From Octopus vulgaris (Eukaryota), in the NCBI GenBank assembly GCA_951406725.2, contig OX597817.1:148924001-148988000 (forward strand): DNA of 64,000 bases. The letters are read 5' to 3'. The notes under the pieces were generated by a model, which worked only from the letters and a program-made list of their open reading frames with translations, searched no databases and had not been told where the DNA came from. How positions within the stretch are numbered: the first letter of the stretch is position 1; every line of letters begins with the position of its first letter. The position numbers were made by a program, and so were the translations under genes. Below are positions 27,882-42,018 of this stretch, piece after piece.

Positions 27882-29174
27882 AAGAACTTCTTATATGACA
27901 TCAAATACGGTAGGTCTCAATGCGTGACAAAGCTGACTCTTGAAACGGATGTTAAAGTTCACTTGATGGGCTTTTAGAATCTCCGTTTCCCTAATTCCAT
28001 TCACAATGTCATATATTCTGTGGGATGGAACCCCAAATCATACATACTGGTATACACATGCAATCGCTGGAGAAGTTACAAAAGAAGGAAAGGATATAAA
28101 GAGAAACAAAAGAACATATATTTCCATATGCTGTTTCGATATCCATCGATTTGCCGACAAGATAATTGACTTTTTAATCTCAAATTTTTTTTCTGTTTAA
28201 GACGCTACCCATAATATAAAATATATTCAGTTTAAGTACAAAAAGTCTTTGAAAGAATAAAAAATAATTAACTTCAGCATTACTTTCATTTTCAGAAAAA
28301 TAGATATATTAACTGTTTTTTAATTGGGTAACTTATTGACATCATATTCAACAAAATTCGAACAAATATTTTTAATGGCTTTCAACAAAATGTTTATTTC
28401 AAAATTATTTTATTCTGTTTTGTAAGCGTAGCATATATCTTGTACAATGTTATACATTTACTTAGACGACTTCTCCATAACAAGGTCCCTAGTTAAAATT
28501 CCCTTTTCATCATTACGATGCGTGTATGAGTCTGGCTTGAGGGAAACTGGACACCTACTTCTAGAAGCACGTGTAACCATGTATCTCACATTTATGAATA
28601 TGTACGTGCATATCAATAACAGTTGAGGCAGAGGTTAAAGGTCAATAATTAACGTTTAATATTCACATAGCATTTCAGCGAAGAAGTTCAACCGGATCTT
28701 TATGCATAAACCAAGTGGTAAATGATAAATTTCGTTGAAATAATTTTCATTGAAGAAAAAAGAATGTTTTCATGGATTTTGGATTTCATAATTGTTGCAT
28801 GTTAACAAATATTGAAGTCTATATTGCATTATGAGAGCATGATATTTGAGGTCATTTCTTTTCGGTGAGGATCGGAGGCAAATAATCTTGATGCGACATA
28901 TGCTAATTCCATGAATAAATTGAAAACATTTAGTGTCTTGTTTGATCTATTTAAACATTAACTTGAAATCACGTTGATCTGCGGGTAACGTGTGACAGAC
29001 AAACAGACGAATATACAGATAAACACAGCTCTTAGTATAGTCTACCTATATAACACATATATAATTATATTACACACACACACAGACATACACATACGCG
29101 AAGAAGCATGCATATATACACGCAAGCACACAGACATCTATGTATATTCCTACGATGCGTTTCGCTTCAATACC

Positions 29175-29225
<51 letters not shown>

Positions 29226-29689
29226 AGTGCGTGTGGATTGGGAATGTGTTGCAAGGAAATGGTTTGCAGTTTTTACCACAATTAGCACATAAACATCAAT
29301 TCCTTTTCAAATCCGATACAGAATCTTGACACTTTTAGCATCGTGTACAGATTTATATCTCTTCAGACCATTGAAAAAACAGAGCTTATTATATGATTGG
29401 AAGATAAAAGTTCCTTTAGGTGGTTATGATCAACTATTAGCTGCTTTTGTTTGATATCCCCTTAGACCATCCTTATAAATACAAACGCTTAAACTTTCAA
29501 CATTTAAAAGTATTATTAAATTAATATCAACAGGTTTTCCTTTCCTTATATACCATTTTCAGTTCTGTATATATAATGCGATTTTATCTATATTGTATCG
29601 ATTTCCTGATTATTTTGTCCGCGATGCCTTATTTATTTTTTCCTCACAATTCCAAATGAATATTTTAATTTGTCAGACCACATTTAAGG

Positions 29690-30042
29690 CAGTCTTGTAT
29701 CTTAAATCCGATTTGTAAAATAGCCGCTTCCCAGAACATACTTAACCATTAAGTAGATGCTTTGAAATTCTTTCATCTTCCATATAAATCATATAGCCTG
29801 TCCACTTCAGTCATGTAACTTAAAAGAGAGGCTATTTGCTTACAACATGCAATAGCTCCAAGACAGCATCACTCAAATACTATTTCAGATTAAAGCAGAA
29901 AATTTGTTCACGACACTTTTTCAAAACCCTTTAACAACAAAAGAGACTGTATGCATTTGTTGTATATAAATATTTTGGTGTCATTTTTAGGCCATGCTAC
30001 TCCAGACTGATGATCAGCAATGACTCTGAAACTAGTCTATGG
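29690..30042 (+). mobile_element. Possible Penelope-like 3' remnant ending in a hammerhead-like motif
   Basis: Weak GIY-YIG tail similarity (LKREAI...KQKxFVH); CCAGA-CTGATGA-TCAGCAATGACTCT-GAAA-CTAG-TC-TATGG at 30002-30042. Confidence 0.5.
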
Positions 30043-30514
30043 CTGCTGGGCGGAGGTGCTTGTCTTCACTTTGAAAACATAAGGACACGGGAAATGTATG
30101 AAGTCCAACAAGAAACGGTGTTTCCTAGGGCTAAATAACAGTAGCATTCTTCCTTTTTTTCATTGACAACATACTATCACGTTATCGTGCTGATACTGCA
30201 TAAATCTCTCTGAGAGATTTAGAAATATAATAATATTCCTGGCATCTCATACATTAACAAATGTATTTTCCTATATAATACGCACTGTTTTGTGATATAT
30301 TTAAAGTATTCATTGGTGGATGCATTTTACGTAATATATTTCTGGTGTTAAGTTTAAACTCAAAAAATGCACTAACAGTTTTATGACAGTCATAACTCTC
30401 AAAATAATATAAATGGCACAAAGGTCTGGTTCGCGGCCGTCAGGGGTTCCAAGAAAAGACAACTGACCTCAAATAATGATGAAGTAACTGCCAAAACGTG
30501 CATATCTGAGTTTT

Positions 30515-31190
30515 ACAGGTAGAGTAGCCCATCCCGCTCAAAAGGTCACTGTATAAAGGGTTGTTTAAAGATGATGAACAAACCACTCATGTTTCCTAGA
30601 GATGAATTATTCAAACGCCAAAGAATATCTCTCAACACATGTCTATGATGCTCCAAGGGATAAAAATGAACTGGTTAAGGTCAAACAACTGACAAGCAAA
30701 TTTGGGATATTGTGCAGAATATTTGCTGTAACCCATCTTTTATACCAAGACAAAACAATGTACATGATAACACTACCAATCAGTTAAGATCAGAAACCAT
30801 GAGAGCCACTGCCCGGTATTGCATTATTATTTCTGCCTGGCATTGCCTTATTATTTCTGCGTGAGAGCAATGCATGCCATGAAAGTGACACTGAGGTACA
30901 AATATAGGAAGCCCAATATACCCATCATGACTACCCGTGTGATAAGAGTCCACCACGCACATGCGTTGCAACCACATGTGCGCGACATGGTGATCTCATA
31001 TCTAGATAAACAGCACATGCCTTTGCAGTTGGGGCACAGCTAGAATTTTCTTCATGTCGAGTAGCCCTTCACGCACACAAGGTTCCTAAATATGGTTTGT
31101 TTAAGGATGATACATGAAGCACTCATGTTTCCAGAGGTGAGTTATGATGCACATATCGTCAGCCACCAAAGGTCATGCTCAACTGGTTTT
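30515..31190 (-). repeat. Non-coding retroposon family E, two partial tandem copies
   Basis: Homologous to 39400-39903 (aaagtgaca...cccatcatgactac; gagtagccc...ttgtttaaggat; aatcagttaagatcaga). Confidence 0.75.
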
Positions 31191-31421
31191 CATTTCTTCT
31201 TGTCAGCAGCACTGATCCCATAGCTCACCGATGTAACAAAACCATTAAGAGATTATAAAGAACGATTATTGAGCAGACACTACATAATCCATTGTATAAG
31301 AAATCGCTGTTTCTTTTTCTAGCGTTACTTTACTTATGAATCCTAAATGTTGTGCACCTGGAGTCCTACATGAAGAATAAAACTTAAAACAATGGAAAAA
31401 CAAAAGATATTCTTATGTGTG

Positions 31422-31457
<36 letters not shown>

Positions 31458-31649
31458 TGCGTGTGCGTGTGTGTGTGTGCGACTGTGTGATAGTCTTTTT
31501 TGTAGGAAACGAGATAGAAAATTAAGTTTGATCCTTTACTCTCTTTATAAACCCTAAAAATTAAGCAGGCTTAGAAAATCTGAAGAATGGGTCTAAGATT
31601 GCCGCAGTCATTGTAAGCATATACAAATGTGCATAAATGAATGTGTGAG

Positions 31650-31699
<50 letters not shown>

Positions 31700-32247
31700 A
31701 AAATGAATAAATAGAAGACATGCATAAAAATTTACCTTTACAGGTGACTTATGGAAATATCTGACCTTTATCATTCAGATACTTATCGTTTGCATTCGAT
31801 AATTAGTTGCAACCTTTTACGTGTTTTTTAACAACTGATTTATCAAAAGATCAAATACTTATCTAACCAGAAAGAGATTTCACCATATATAACCATATAT
31901 AAAACGGGCTTCAATTTAACTTGTTATCTAGGAAATTTTATTACGTCTTCTACGCACACAAGATCGTTCGGTTTTGCAGAGATACATCATTGCAGTTTAA
32001 ATCAATAACCAAACATATATTTGTAATCTAGAAGCAATCACGGTATTTCCAGCCGTGAACGTAGATGTTTTTCTTCAAATCACATTCGAAAATTCATATT
32101 ACATTCCGGATAAATGCCTTTTTTATAAGACGATGTAAACACCATAGTAGGTGTTTCTGTCATTAAATGTTAACGTAAAAGATCGCAATCTAGCTGTAAC
32201 CAAAAGGACCTATATATCGGTAAGTCACTGAAATCTTGGTAAAATAT

Positions 32248-32278
<31 letters not shown>

Positions 32279-32689
32279 GCATGCATGCATGTATGCATCC
32301 GTCCATCCATCCATCCATACATACATACATATATACATGCATATATACATACATACATAAATACTGCAAAAATCTGTTAAACCTTCCGGAGGTTTATTAT
32401 TTATATATACGAGCATGTCTAGATATGCAAGTATATGCATGAGAAGACATAAAACAAACATACGAATCTGCATGTATACATACATACAAAAGTACCCTGT
32501 TCATGTTGCTGAAATTCCAATGAAGAATACTTGGATTTAGGTTAGAAACGAGATCTTTCTCTATTGGCAAGAAATATTGAAATAAAGTTGAATAATGACA
32601 TACATACATAAAACAAACGAAGTTGACTATATTGAGATCGATGGGTCAAAATTATATGGGTGGAACATAAAATTTAAACAGGCACCAAG

Positions 32690-33190
32690 TTAAACCACAA
32701 CCGGCCAGATATTGTCGTGTGGGACCACAAGGAAGACGATAGATTCTCTTGTGCTCTCTGGACAATAATGTGGCAGGAGAAATACAAGAGAAAGAATATT
32801 ATTTGTATTATTTACATTATTTACAACACTTCGCAAATATCTTCTTCGAGTAAAATCACCAATAGAAGCGAATATGAGCAAAGACGGCTGTGGTAGGTTA
32901 TTCAAAGACGAAACATGACGCCCCTCAAAATAAGTGTAGACGAATATCGCAAAGCTGTGATACAAGGAGATATTGATAAATCGGATGTAGCTGATCATGT
33001 ACGGAAAAACAGAGACCACCTCCCCCTGTGTGATGAATTTAAAATAATAGACAGAGAACACCACTGGAAAATATGAAAACTAAAAGAAGCAGCACATATG
33101 CTATGACACAGCAACCTCCTAAGCAGACCGAGTGTAGATATGAGGAGCATATGGGAACCGGTAGTACGGAAGGATAGGAAAATATTAAGA
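32690..33190 (+). pseudogene. Penelope-like GIY-YIG endonuclease remnant
   Basis: CGRLFKDET*RP..YRKAVIQGDIDKSDVADHV..DEFKIIDREHHWKI*KLKEAAHM. Confidence 0.75.
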
Positions 33191-34127
33191 TATTATAAGC
33201 CCTAAAATTCGCTCCATAATTGCCCATGGGCATACGGTGTAGTGGTTAACAACGCAGTCTACTAACCTCAAGCCTTCTTTTTTCTGTCGTGGGCTTATAT
33301 GCCCCTCTATTAGACTATTTTCCGTAGTCATTGCACGGTGATCGCAATAAGCTTTAAGCTGATATAAAACCACCATTATTATTGTTTACAGGGATATATA
33401 TATATATATATATTTATATTTATTATATATAAATATATACATAAATACGACCCAGAAGCAAAACAGTAAAATTATGCAAGCTTTTTCTCAAGTTTAAAAT
33501 GTGACATTGTTTTCGATACCTACATTCCAACGATAGAGCATTGCATCTTTGTTAGAAACGAGCTCCTTCCTCAAAGGAAGAATTTAAATAATTAAAACCA
33601 GAAGAGGACGTACCTGCATATAACACACATATATATGGATAAACGGGAATAGGACATTTTCAGGATGGTGATGCTGAATACTGGACATTAATAACCAGAG
33701 AGAACTGCCATCAATATATTCAACAAACATGAATACAACACAGGTATATATTAGCATCTACATCTTACAGTGAGTGAGTATTCGATTGTAATACAATTTT
33801 GTCGTTTCTTTGTAGCATTTCTTTATAACGATATAATCATCAAAGCTGAAATAGTATATTAGTTCCTGGGCCTGAGACGAAATTCTACTTTGTTGTACAT
33901 AACATAGCAAATAATATTGTTTGAGCTGCTACAAAAATATTTCAAATGAAAGGAAATGTTTCAGAATTATATTCTTTTCAATACAATGCTTCCTAAACAA
34001 GAAATCAATGACATGTGTCAAGAAACCCTTTTTGAAAATAACATTAGTCAAAAGAGCTTTGCTTCCAATAGCGTTAAATGTGACTGATTGACAATGTAAA
34101 TGTTACATATACATACATAAATATACA

Positions 34128-34161
<34 letters not shown>

Positions 34162-34776
34162 CATACTTATGTACATATATACGTCACACACATGTGTATC
34201 TATGGATGGATGTACGTGTGTATGTATATGTGTATGTATGTTTCTATGTTTGTATGAATATTTATATATGTAAGCATATATGTATTGTAGTGTGTTTCTG
34301 TTTTATTGTCGCTGTTTCACAAAACTCGAATGAAATGACTAAAAACGTTATGCTGTGCTAATCATTGTTGTGGTGTCGTTGTTTTCTTTCTCACCTTTTC
34401 TTTTCTCGGAGAGAACAAAAAAAGAGGGGAGAGAGAGAGAGAGAGAGAAAGAAAGAGAGAAAGACAGAAAGGAAGGAAAAAGACCAATATATTTGTATAA
34501 ATTTAAAACATTCTTACAGATTTTCCTGCAAAGTTCATCGGATTTATTACCAACGTTACCTAAAGTAACAGCGCTACGTTGCAGTCGATGTTTTTATATA
34601 TATATTAATCTAACTACTCATCATTATTTTTCAACTGAGACTTATAAAGTATCTTTAGAAACTTAACCGACAATAATTGTTCCTATAGACCACTACTTCC
34701 GAATTCTACAGTGTTGATTTCATTTTGATCTGATTTCGTTGTACTGTACTTTTCCCGACAGGTTAATACAGGAAAT

Positions 34777-35162
34777 CGTGGAGGCGCAATGGCCCAGTGG
34801 TTAGGGCAGCGGACTCGCGGTCATAGGATCGCGGTTTCGATTCCCAGACCGGGCGTTGTGAGTGTTTATTGAGCGAAAACACCTAAAGCTCCACGAGGCT
34901 CCGGCAGGGGATGGTGGTGATCCCTGCTGTGCTCTTTCACCACAACTTTCTCTCACTCTTACTTCCTGTTTCTGTTGTACCTGTATTTCAAAGGGCCGGC
35001 CTTGTCACTTTCTGTGTCACGCTGAATATCCCCGAGAACTACGTTAAGGGTACACGTGTCTGTGGAGTGCTCAGCCACTTACACGTTAATTTCACGAGCA
35101 GACTGTTCCGTTGATTCGGATCAACCGGAACCCTCATCGTCGTGACCGACGGAGTCCTTTCA
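34777..35162 (+). mobile_element. SINE family C (tRNA-derived), full length
   Basis: A box TGGCCCAGTGG, B box GGTTTCGATTCCC; 13-bp TSD taatacaggaaat at 34764-34776 and 35163-35175. Confidence 0.9.
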
Positions 35163-35753
35163 TAATACAGGAAATGTATTGACGTAACAAAGTTGTTAGT
35201 TCAAAGGTTTAAAATCAGTCCTTTAGAACATACGTTTTTTTTCTTTCAAACCAAATGTAATCTTATTGTATGAATTATATAACTCTGCGCTTTAAAAAGC
35301 TTCTGGTGTCTGTGAGTTGGAAAGTCACAATGACTAGGTCTATGTTCATGACATTTAGGTTCGATATCCTGAGGAATCAGATTCTCCGCTTCCTCGCTCC
35401 CCAAGGTGAAACTACTCCAAATCGGCACTTCGTTGTATTAGGGTACACTTATCTAGGCCCATTAGGAACAGCAGATATAATGCCCTCGAGTCGTATTCCA
35501 GCATCTTTAAAGCGTAGAGAACACACTTTATATAATTTAGTCCTATGTATCCACCATCTAAGGTAGGATGGTCGTGAATGGAACGCTTTAGATAATAGGC
35601 CTGATTGGCCAGGGTTGAGCAGGAACCAACAACAACTCAGTGTTTAACTAGTGTTAGAACAAAGAAACATTTACCTCAGGCATATGGAAAAACGGTGGAA
35701 GAAGTACGTTGTTTTGTTAGTGTCCGAGTCGTTACGGAGGCCAATTGTTATCA

Positions 35754-36200
35754 ACGAGCTGGCAGAATCGTTAGCACGCCGGGTGAAATGCTTAGCGGTA
35801 TTACGGCTGCCGCTACGTTCTGAGTTCAAATTCCGCCGATGTCAACTTTGCCTTTCATCCTTTCGGGGTCGATTAATTAAGTACCAGTTACGCACTGGGG
35901 TCCATATAATCGATTTAATCCGTGTGTCTGTCCTTGTTCGTCCCTTCTGTATTAGCCGCTCATGAGTTAGTAAAGAAATAGGTATTTCGTCAGCCGCTAC
36001 GTTCTGAGTTCAAATTCCCCCGAGGTCGACTTTGCCTTTCATCCTTTTGAGGTCGATATATTAAGTACCACTTATACACTGGGATCGATATAATCGACTT
36101 AATCCGTTTGTCTGTCCTTGTTTGTCTCCTCTCTGTTTAGCCCCTTGTGGGTAGTAATTAAATAGGTATTTTGTCCGTCTTTACTCTCTGAGTTCAAATC
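35754..36200 (+). mobile_element. SINE family B, two tandem units plus a partial third
   Basis: Head plus restarts at ggtattt near 35981 and 36165. Confidence 0.9.
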
Positions 36201-36354
36201 AGAGTGTTGAGTGTATAATGCGTCGGTTATTTGGTTTGCCGGTGGAAGTTTATTTCACAGTGTAATTGCTCTATAGAGAGTGTCTTGTGTTCGCGTGTTA
36301 TTTTGTTTAGGTTGTATTATTGAATTGATAGTGTCTTGTTGTTCCTAGCAGAGC

Positions 36355-37008
36355 TATATTTTGGATAATGTGTACTATTGAGAATCCAGATATAACTTGT
36401 ACGGTTTTTTTTCATATGTTCTTTTTATAATGCTCCAATTATTATTGGTATTATATTAACCTTCATATCTCACATCTTGAATACTTCAATTTCGAGGTAT
36501 TTGTACATTGACAATTTCTCCACACCTGTTTGGACAATATCTTGATCAGAAGGGACTGCAATGTCTATCAGTAAGCAAAGGATTTTTCCCCACTCTTTGA
36601 TTACTATTTCTGGAAGATTAACTTTTATTTCTTTGTAGGTCTGAAGTGACATATCCTATATGATTGTGGACTGGCTGTCTTGTACCTTGTTTAGCACATG
36701 CTAATACCATTTATTGTCAGTTTTAATGTTGTACTGTTGGCATATTGTCCAGTGGATATAACTATTTACTCGGTCTTTTCTGTATCTATATTCAGATTAG
36801 GTAAGGAATGGGCAGCTATAGATGATGTGGTCAACTGTCGCTTTGTACTCCATGAACATTCTGCATTTGGTGTTAGAGTCTGTTTTCATTATTTTGCTTT
36901 TATAATTGTTCGTAGTTTATAATTGGTCTTTCGCAGGGAGAATAAGTCCTTCTGTTTCAGTTTTTGTCCAGAGCTTTTGAGTCATTGTTGGTTTTTACTT
37001 AAGCCTAC

Positions 37009-37097
<89 letters not shown>

Positions 37098-37230
37098 GCT
37101 TACAGGGTATTGGCCATGGAGTTATTTTTCTCTTCATTTCTTGTTTAGTATTCCAATTTCCTTATATTCCTCCTGATGCTTTCTGATACTGTCTCCAAGA
37201 ACCCAACAATTATTGGCACTATCTTCATAT
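36355..37230 (-). pseudogene. Older R4/Dong-type LINE C-terminal remnant
   Basis: PEIVIKEWGKILCLLIDIAVPSD...EKLSMYKYLEIEV (RLE motif); interrupted by (CT)n. Confidence 0.7.
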
Positions 37231-37250
37231 TATTTATAATTATTATTATT

Positions 37251-38343
37251 ACATTTTTTTTTCTTCTTTCAAATTTGCTTCCATTTCTTGCCGAGTGTCT
37301 TCCCGACTCCTAGGGCAAAGAAACTCATAGTGTATATTGGTAGGCCATTAAACCAATCTCACTTCATTTTTTTTTTTTTTTTTTAAGTTAAATTAAAATA
37401 CATGGCGCAACAGTTCTCACATCGACAATGCTCTTCTCAATACGTGTGATGTACCAGGACAATCTTTTGCACTTCTTGCAGGGATGGTAAGCCAGGGATC
37501 ATTCTCATATAATTTTCGGTTCCCTTCTTGATCATTCCTAGTGCTCCTACGATCACTGGTATTGTAACCGCCTTGAGATGCCACATTTTCTCAATTTCAA
37601 TGAGTAGGTCTTTATATTTTCTGAGCTTGTCAAACTCTTTCGCTGAGATATTATGATCACAGGGGATGCTCATGTCGATCAATAAACAAACTTTATTGTT
37701 TTGGTCTTTCACAACAATATCTGGTTTATTGGCCTTGATGGTTCGGTCTGTATGTACTGGAAAGTCCCACAGAATGGTTACATATTCTCCTTCAGTTACA
37801 GCCTCAGGGTGGTGATTATACCACTCGTCGGCAGTTTTGATATTGTAATGCCGACTTATTAGCCAGTGGAGATATTGGCCAACTCTGTCATGTCTTAATT
37901 TATACTCCACTGGTGCTAAGACTTTACATCCAGAGATTAGGTGGTCCACTGTTTCAATCATGTCGTTGCAGAATCGGCATTTTGGGTCTGCTCCATTTTT
38001 CATCACATTGGCCTGGTAGTTCCAGGTTAATAGGCTTTGGTCTTGAGCAGCCAGGATGAAACCTTCGCTCTCTGCTTTTAGCCCTAAGCTCCGCAGCCAC
38101 TGATGGGTTTGCTTCTGGTCAACATCAGCTTGTTTGCTGCGGGTCACATATTTGCCGTGCAGAGGTTTCTCCTCCCACCTATCAGCCAATTGCTCGTGCG
38201 CTTTTTTCATTGCCATCATTTTCACCTTCTTTGCAACAATAGTTGCCGTACTTCCCTCGAGTTGTTCAGTTTGGGTATCCTGCACGAGATCGATAGCAAA
38301 TTTTTTACTTTCCTTGATGATAGAATGAAGCTTCTTTCGTCTC
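37251..38343 (-). mobile_element. 5'-truncated R4/Dong-clade LINE (CCHC + restriction-like endonuclease + 3' UTR)
   Basis: ORF 37437-38285: AAQDQ, CRFC...ETVDHLISGC, RHD, ILWD, KPDIVV...LIDMSIP, KYKDL, VIVGALG; (TAA)n on both flanks. Confidence 0.92.
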
Positions 38344-38404
<61 letters not shown>

Positions 38405-38971
38405 CATTATTATTATAATCATCATCATCGTCATTATTATTATTATTATTATTATTTTTATTTTTTATGCTGTATCAGGAAGAGATATTGTCTTGAGGCT
38501 TTCTGACTACGTTTCTTCTCAAATCACAAGAATATTTTGAGGTCTCTTGCTGAATGAATACAGGATTCCACTTTCCTGCAGTTCGCCAATGTGAATCTGA
38601 CTCCCAATATCTTTACGTCACTTAGGTAGCAGGAATAATCGTCATCTGAGCTTCCCAAAACCCCTTCATATCATTAGCTAGGTCCTGTTTTTTTGCCAAA
38701 TTATATTTTTCGATTTCTTCGATATCCAATACGCTATTATATGGCATTGCAAAATCATACGCCATTTCTCTCTGTCGTCTCTATAATCATATCTAATATC
38801 ACGGCTTCTGCAGTCATTATCGAGAAATTTCATAAAATCCTGTAATCCTTAATCTATTTCAGAGTTTCTGGCTCCTGTTCATACAACTTTCCTGCGACTT
38901 TGAATCCATATTCTCGACTAACATCCTAATGCACTCTTTTATCAACAGTCATGTCGTGCTAATAACAGCAC

Positions 38972-39035
<64 letters not shown>

Positions 39036-39091
39036 CATTATTATTATTATCATTATTATTATTATTATCATTATTATTATTATCATTATTA

Positions 39092-39134
<43 letters not shown>

Positions 39135-39154
39135 CATCATTATTATTATTATTA

Positions 39155-39219
<65 letters not shown>
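38972..39219 (+). repeat. (ATT)n microsatellite, one of a cluster between 38344 and 39970
   Basis: Direct reading. Confidence 0.98.
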
Positions 39220-39342
39220 GTTATTACGCTAGTGCATGCTTCTTTAGTTATCAGGTATTTTATCTGCTTGCTTGGAGATAAAAGTTCTCTTCAAATCTCA
39301 AACACCTTCCTAATGTTTCTTACAGAATATAGGATATTATTA

Positions 39343-39399
<57 letters not shown>

Positions 39400-39402
<3 letters not shown>

Positions 39403-39903
39403 ACTGAGCAGTGCATGCCACCAAAGTGACAATAGGGTAAAATATACGAAGCCCAGTTTACCCATCATGACTACTCATCTGATAAGGGTACATCTGGCGC
39501 GATGTATCAAGATAGATGACTACATATATCAAGATAAAAAGCGCATGATCTTGGAGTTGGAGCCCAGTTAAATCTTCTTTCAGGTCGAGTAGCCCGTCAC
39601 GCTCAAAAGGTCCCTGAATAGGGTTTGTTTAAGGATATTGAACGAAACACCCATGTTTCCAGAGGTGGACAATTCAAACCACAAAGAATTCTTCTCAATA
39701 CCAGGCCATGATGCTCACCTACTACTTCTGCTTGTAATCAGAGATACACATATCGGCAGTCATCGAGGGACATGCTCAACTGGTTAGGGTCAAACAACTG
39801 ACAAGCAAATCTCTGGTATTGAGCAGAATATTTGCCGTAGACCATTTTTTATGCCAAGGCAAAACATATTCATGATAACACTTCCAATCAGTTAAGATCA
39901 GAT
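39400..39903 (-). repeat. Non-coding retroposon family E, flanked by (TAA)n
   Basis: Homologous to 30515-31190; (ATT)n on both sides. Confidence 0.75.
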
Positions 39904-39905
39904 GC

Positions 39906-39972
<67 letters not shown>

Positions 39973-39973
39973 T

Positions 39974-40185
39974 TTGGCAAAATCGTTCGCACGCTGGGTA
40001 AAATGCTTAGCGGCATTTCGTCTGCCCTTACGCTCTGTGATCAAATTCCACCGAGATCGCCTTTGCTTTTCATCCTTTCGGTGTCGATAAATAAATTTAG
40101 TAAATTCGAAACACTTGGAGGTCGATCCAATCGAGTAGTTCCCTCCACAGCAAATTTCACGGCTTGTACTTTTAGAAGAAAGAAT
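39974..40185 (+). mobile_element. SINE family B, diverged
   Basis: aaatgcttagcggcatttcgtctg...ctttgcttttcatcctttcggtgtcgataaa. Confidence 0.75.
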
Positions 40186-40195
40186 TATTATTGTT

Positions 40196-40255
<60 letters not shown>

Positions 40256-40949
40256 TTGCCGAAGACTGATCTGTGAACTGCTTTCTTCGAATATCCCTGG
40301 CAGTGTAAATATTCCTTCCCTTCCAGTTCAACGAGAGGTATCATAATGCTAACATCCTTTAATTTATTAACATTTCAAATCATTGAAACGTGCGATACCA
40401 TCTATATTGTTTTACCCCCTTTCGTTATATTATTAAAATAGCATGTGACTTCCCTTTCTTTCCTCTATTGATACGATAAAAGCAGTGTTTCTTCTTCATT
40501 AATAAGTAACATAAAGCATGCACGCCATGTCCTCCCGTTGTATCTATTTTATGTTCACCAAACGCAAACGTGATTTATTCATTTTAATTGCAGTTATCAA
40601 TTATTGCGGTGCCACCTACAAAGACTGAATCGAAACACTAATAAGAAGAATCAATTATTTTATAACAATTGTCTTTCGTGATATGAGTTAACTATAGTCA
40701 GCAGACTGAAAATATTTCAAATTTCCTGTCGTCTAATTCTGGATAACACGCGTAGTTACCAGTTAATCTTAATCTGATATGAAACGAAGAGGTTATCTAA
40801 AGTACATCTGTATTAGTTTCATTCTTTGGACTGATGTCATGTAAGGGCGCTGCTTTGAAGTGTTATCGTCGAAAACCTCGTCGCAGTATTTCTGTCCCTT
40901 CTTAAATTTTGGAACTTATTATATCAGATTCTTTTGCCGATTGCTACTC

Positions 40950-41095
40950 TGACTCTGAGTTCAAAATCCGCCGCGGTCCATTTTGCTGTTTGTCCTTTCG
41001 GTGTCGATCAAATAAATACCAGTTCGCACCGGAGCCAATGTAATCCATTTTCTCTTCCCACAAAATTCTGGACCTGTGACAAAATCTGAAACCAA
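40950..41095 (+). mobile_element. SINE family B fragment
   Basis: tctgagttcaaaatccgccg...cctttcggtgtcgatcaaataaataccagt. Confidence 0.7.
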
Positions 41096-41844
41096 TATTT
41101 GTAGGAGACACGGTGGGTGATTGTTGAAATCGTAGATAATTCATAAAAAAAGATATTTTGAAACAAAGATGAAAATTTGTTACACTTTGTGATATTCTGA
41201 AAAGATTGGATAAATAACTGCATGAAGAACATGGCCGAATATTATTTCCTTTTTCTTGAAACTATTGACGACTAAAAATTAATCCAACCTAATATTCAAT
41301 AGACATAGGTCTACAGTTGATATTGATGTTGTTGTGGTTGTTGTTGTTCTTCTTCTTCTTCTTGTATGACTTCAAGTTACCTCTGATGGAATAGACAGTT
41401 GATTACAGTCGGTCCACCAGTGACCATTTATTTGAAGGCGGTTAGCTGTGGTTTGAAAAAGATTTCAATGTTCTCCTTTCGATTCCATTGAATTCCAGTC
41501 TGCAATTTCTTAGTGCCGACGTTTGAAGTTCGCGGGAAAGACTCAAAGAAGGCGATCTTCCGTTAGAAACAGAAGCGGCAGATCTCTCTAAATCACAACG
41601 CAAAGATTTATAAAATCACAGAACAAAATGGATGATGCATTCACTGATCTATTTTTATCGATCATTTGGATTGTAATTGAACACTTTATAGATCTTTACA
41701 GTCATAACTGCTTCGGACAAACAACACAAGAGATGATGATTTGTGAGAAAGCATCTACAGAGAATATATATATATATATATATATTCTCTGTAGATGCTT
41801 CTTTTATATATATATATGTATATATATATATATGTATGTATGTA

Positions 41845-41929
<85 letters not shown>

Positions 41930-42018
41930 TTTGATACTTTGATACTTTGATAGGTTTCGGCCATTATTGGCCCAGGCCATGTCTAACTTAATAGCACCAC
42001 CTGGTGAAGTCTTTCAAG

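Noticed and set aside
34777-34855. Apparent tRNA gene (also 33228-33275 and other SINE heads)
   Set aside because: Continues into a SINE body with a TSD; no convincing acceptor stem or nearby oligo-T terminator
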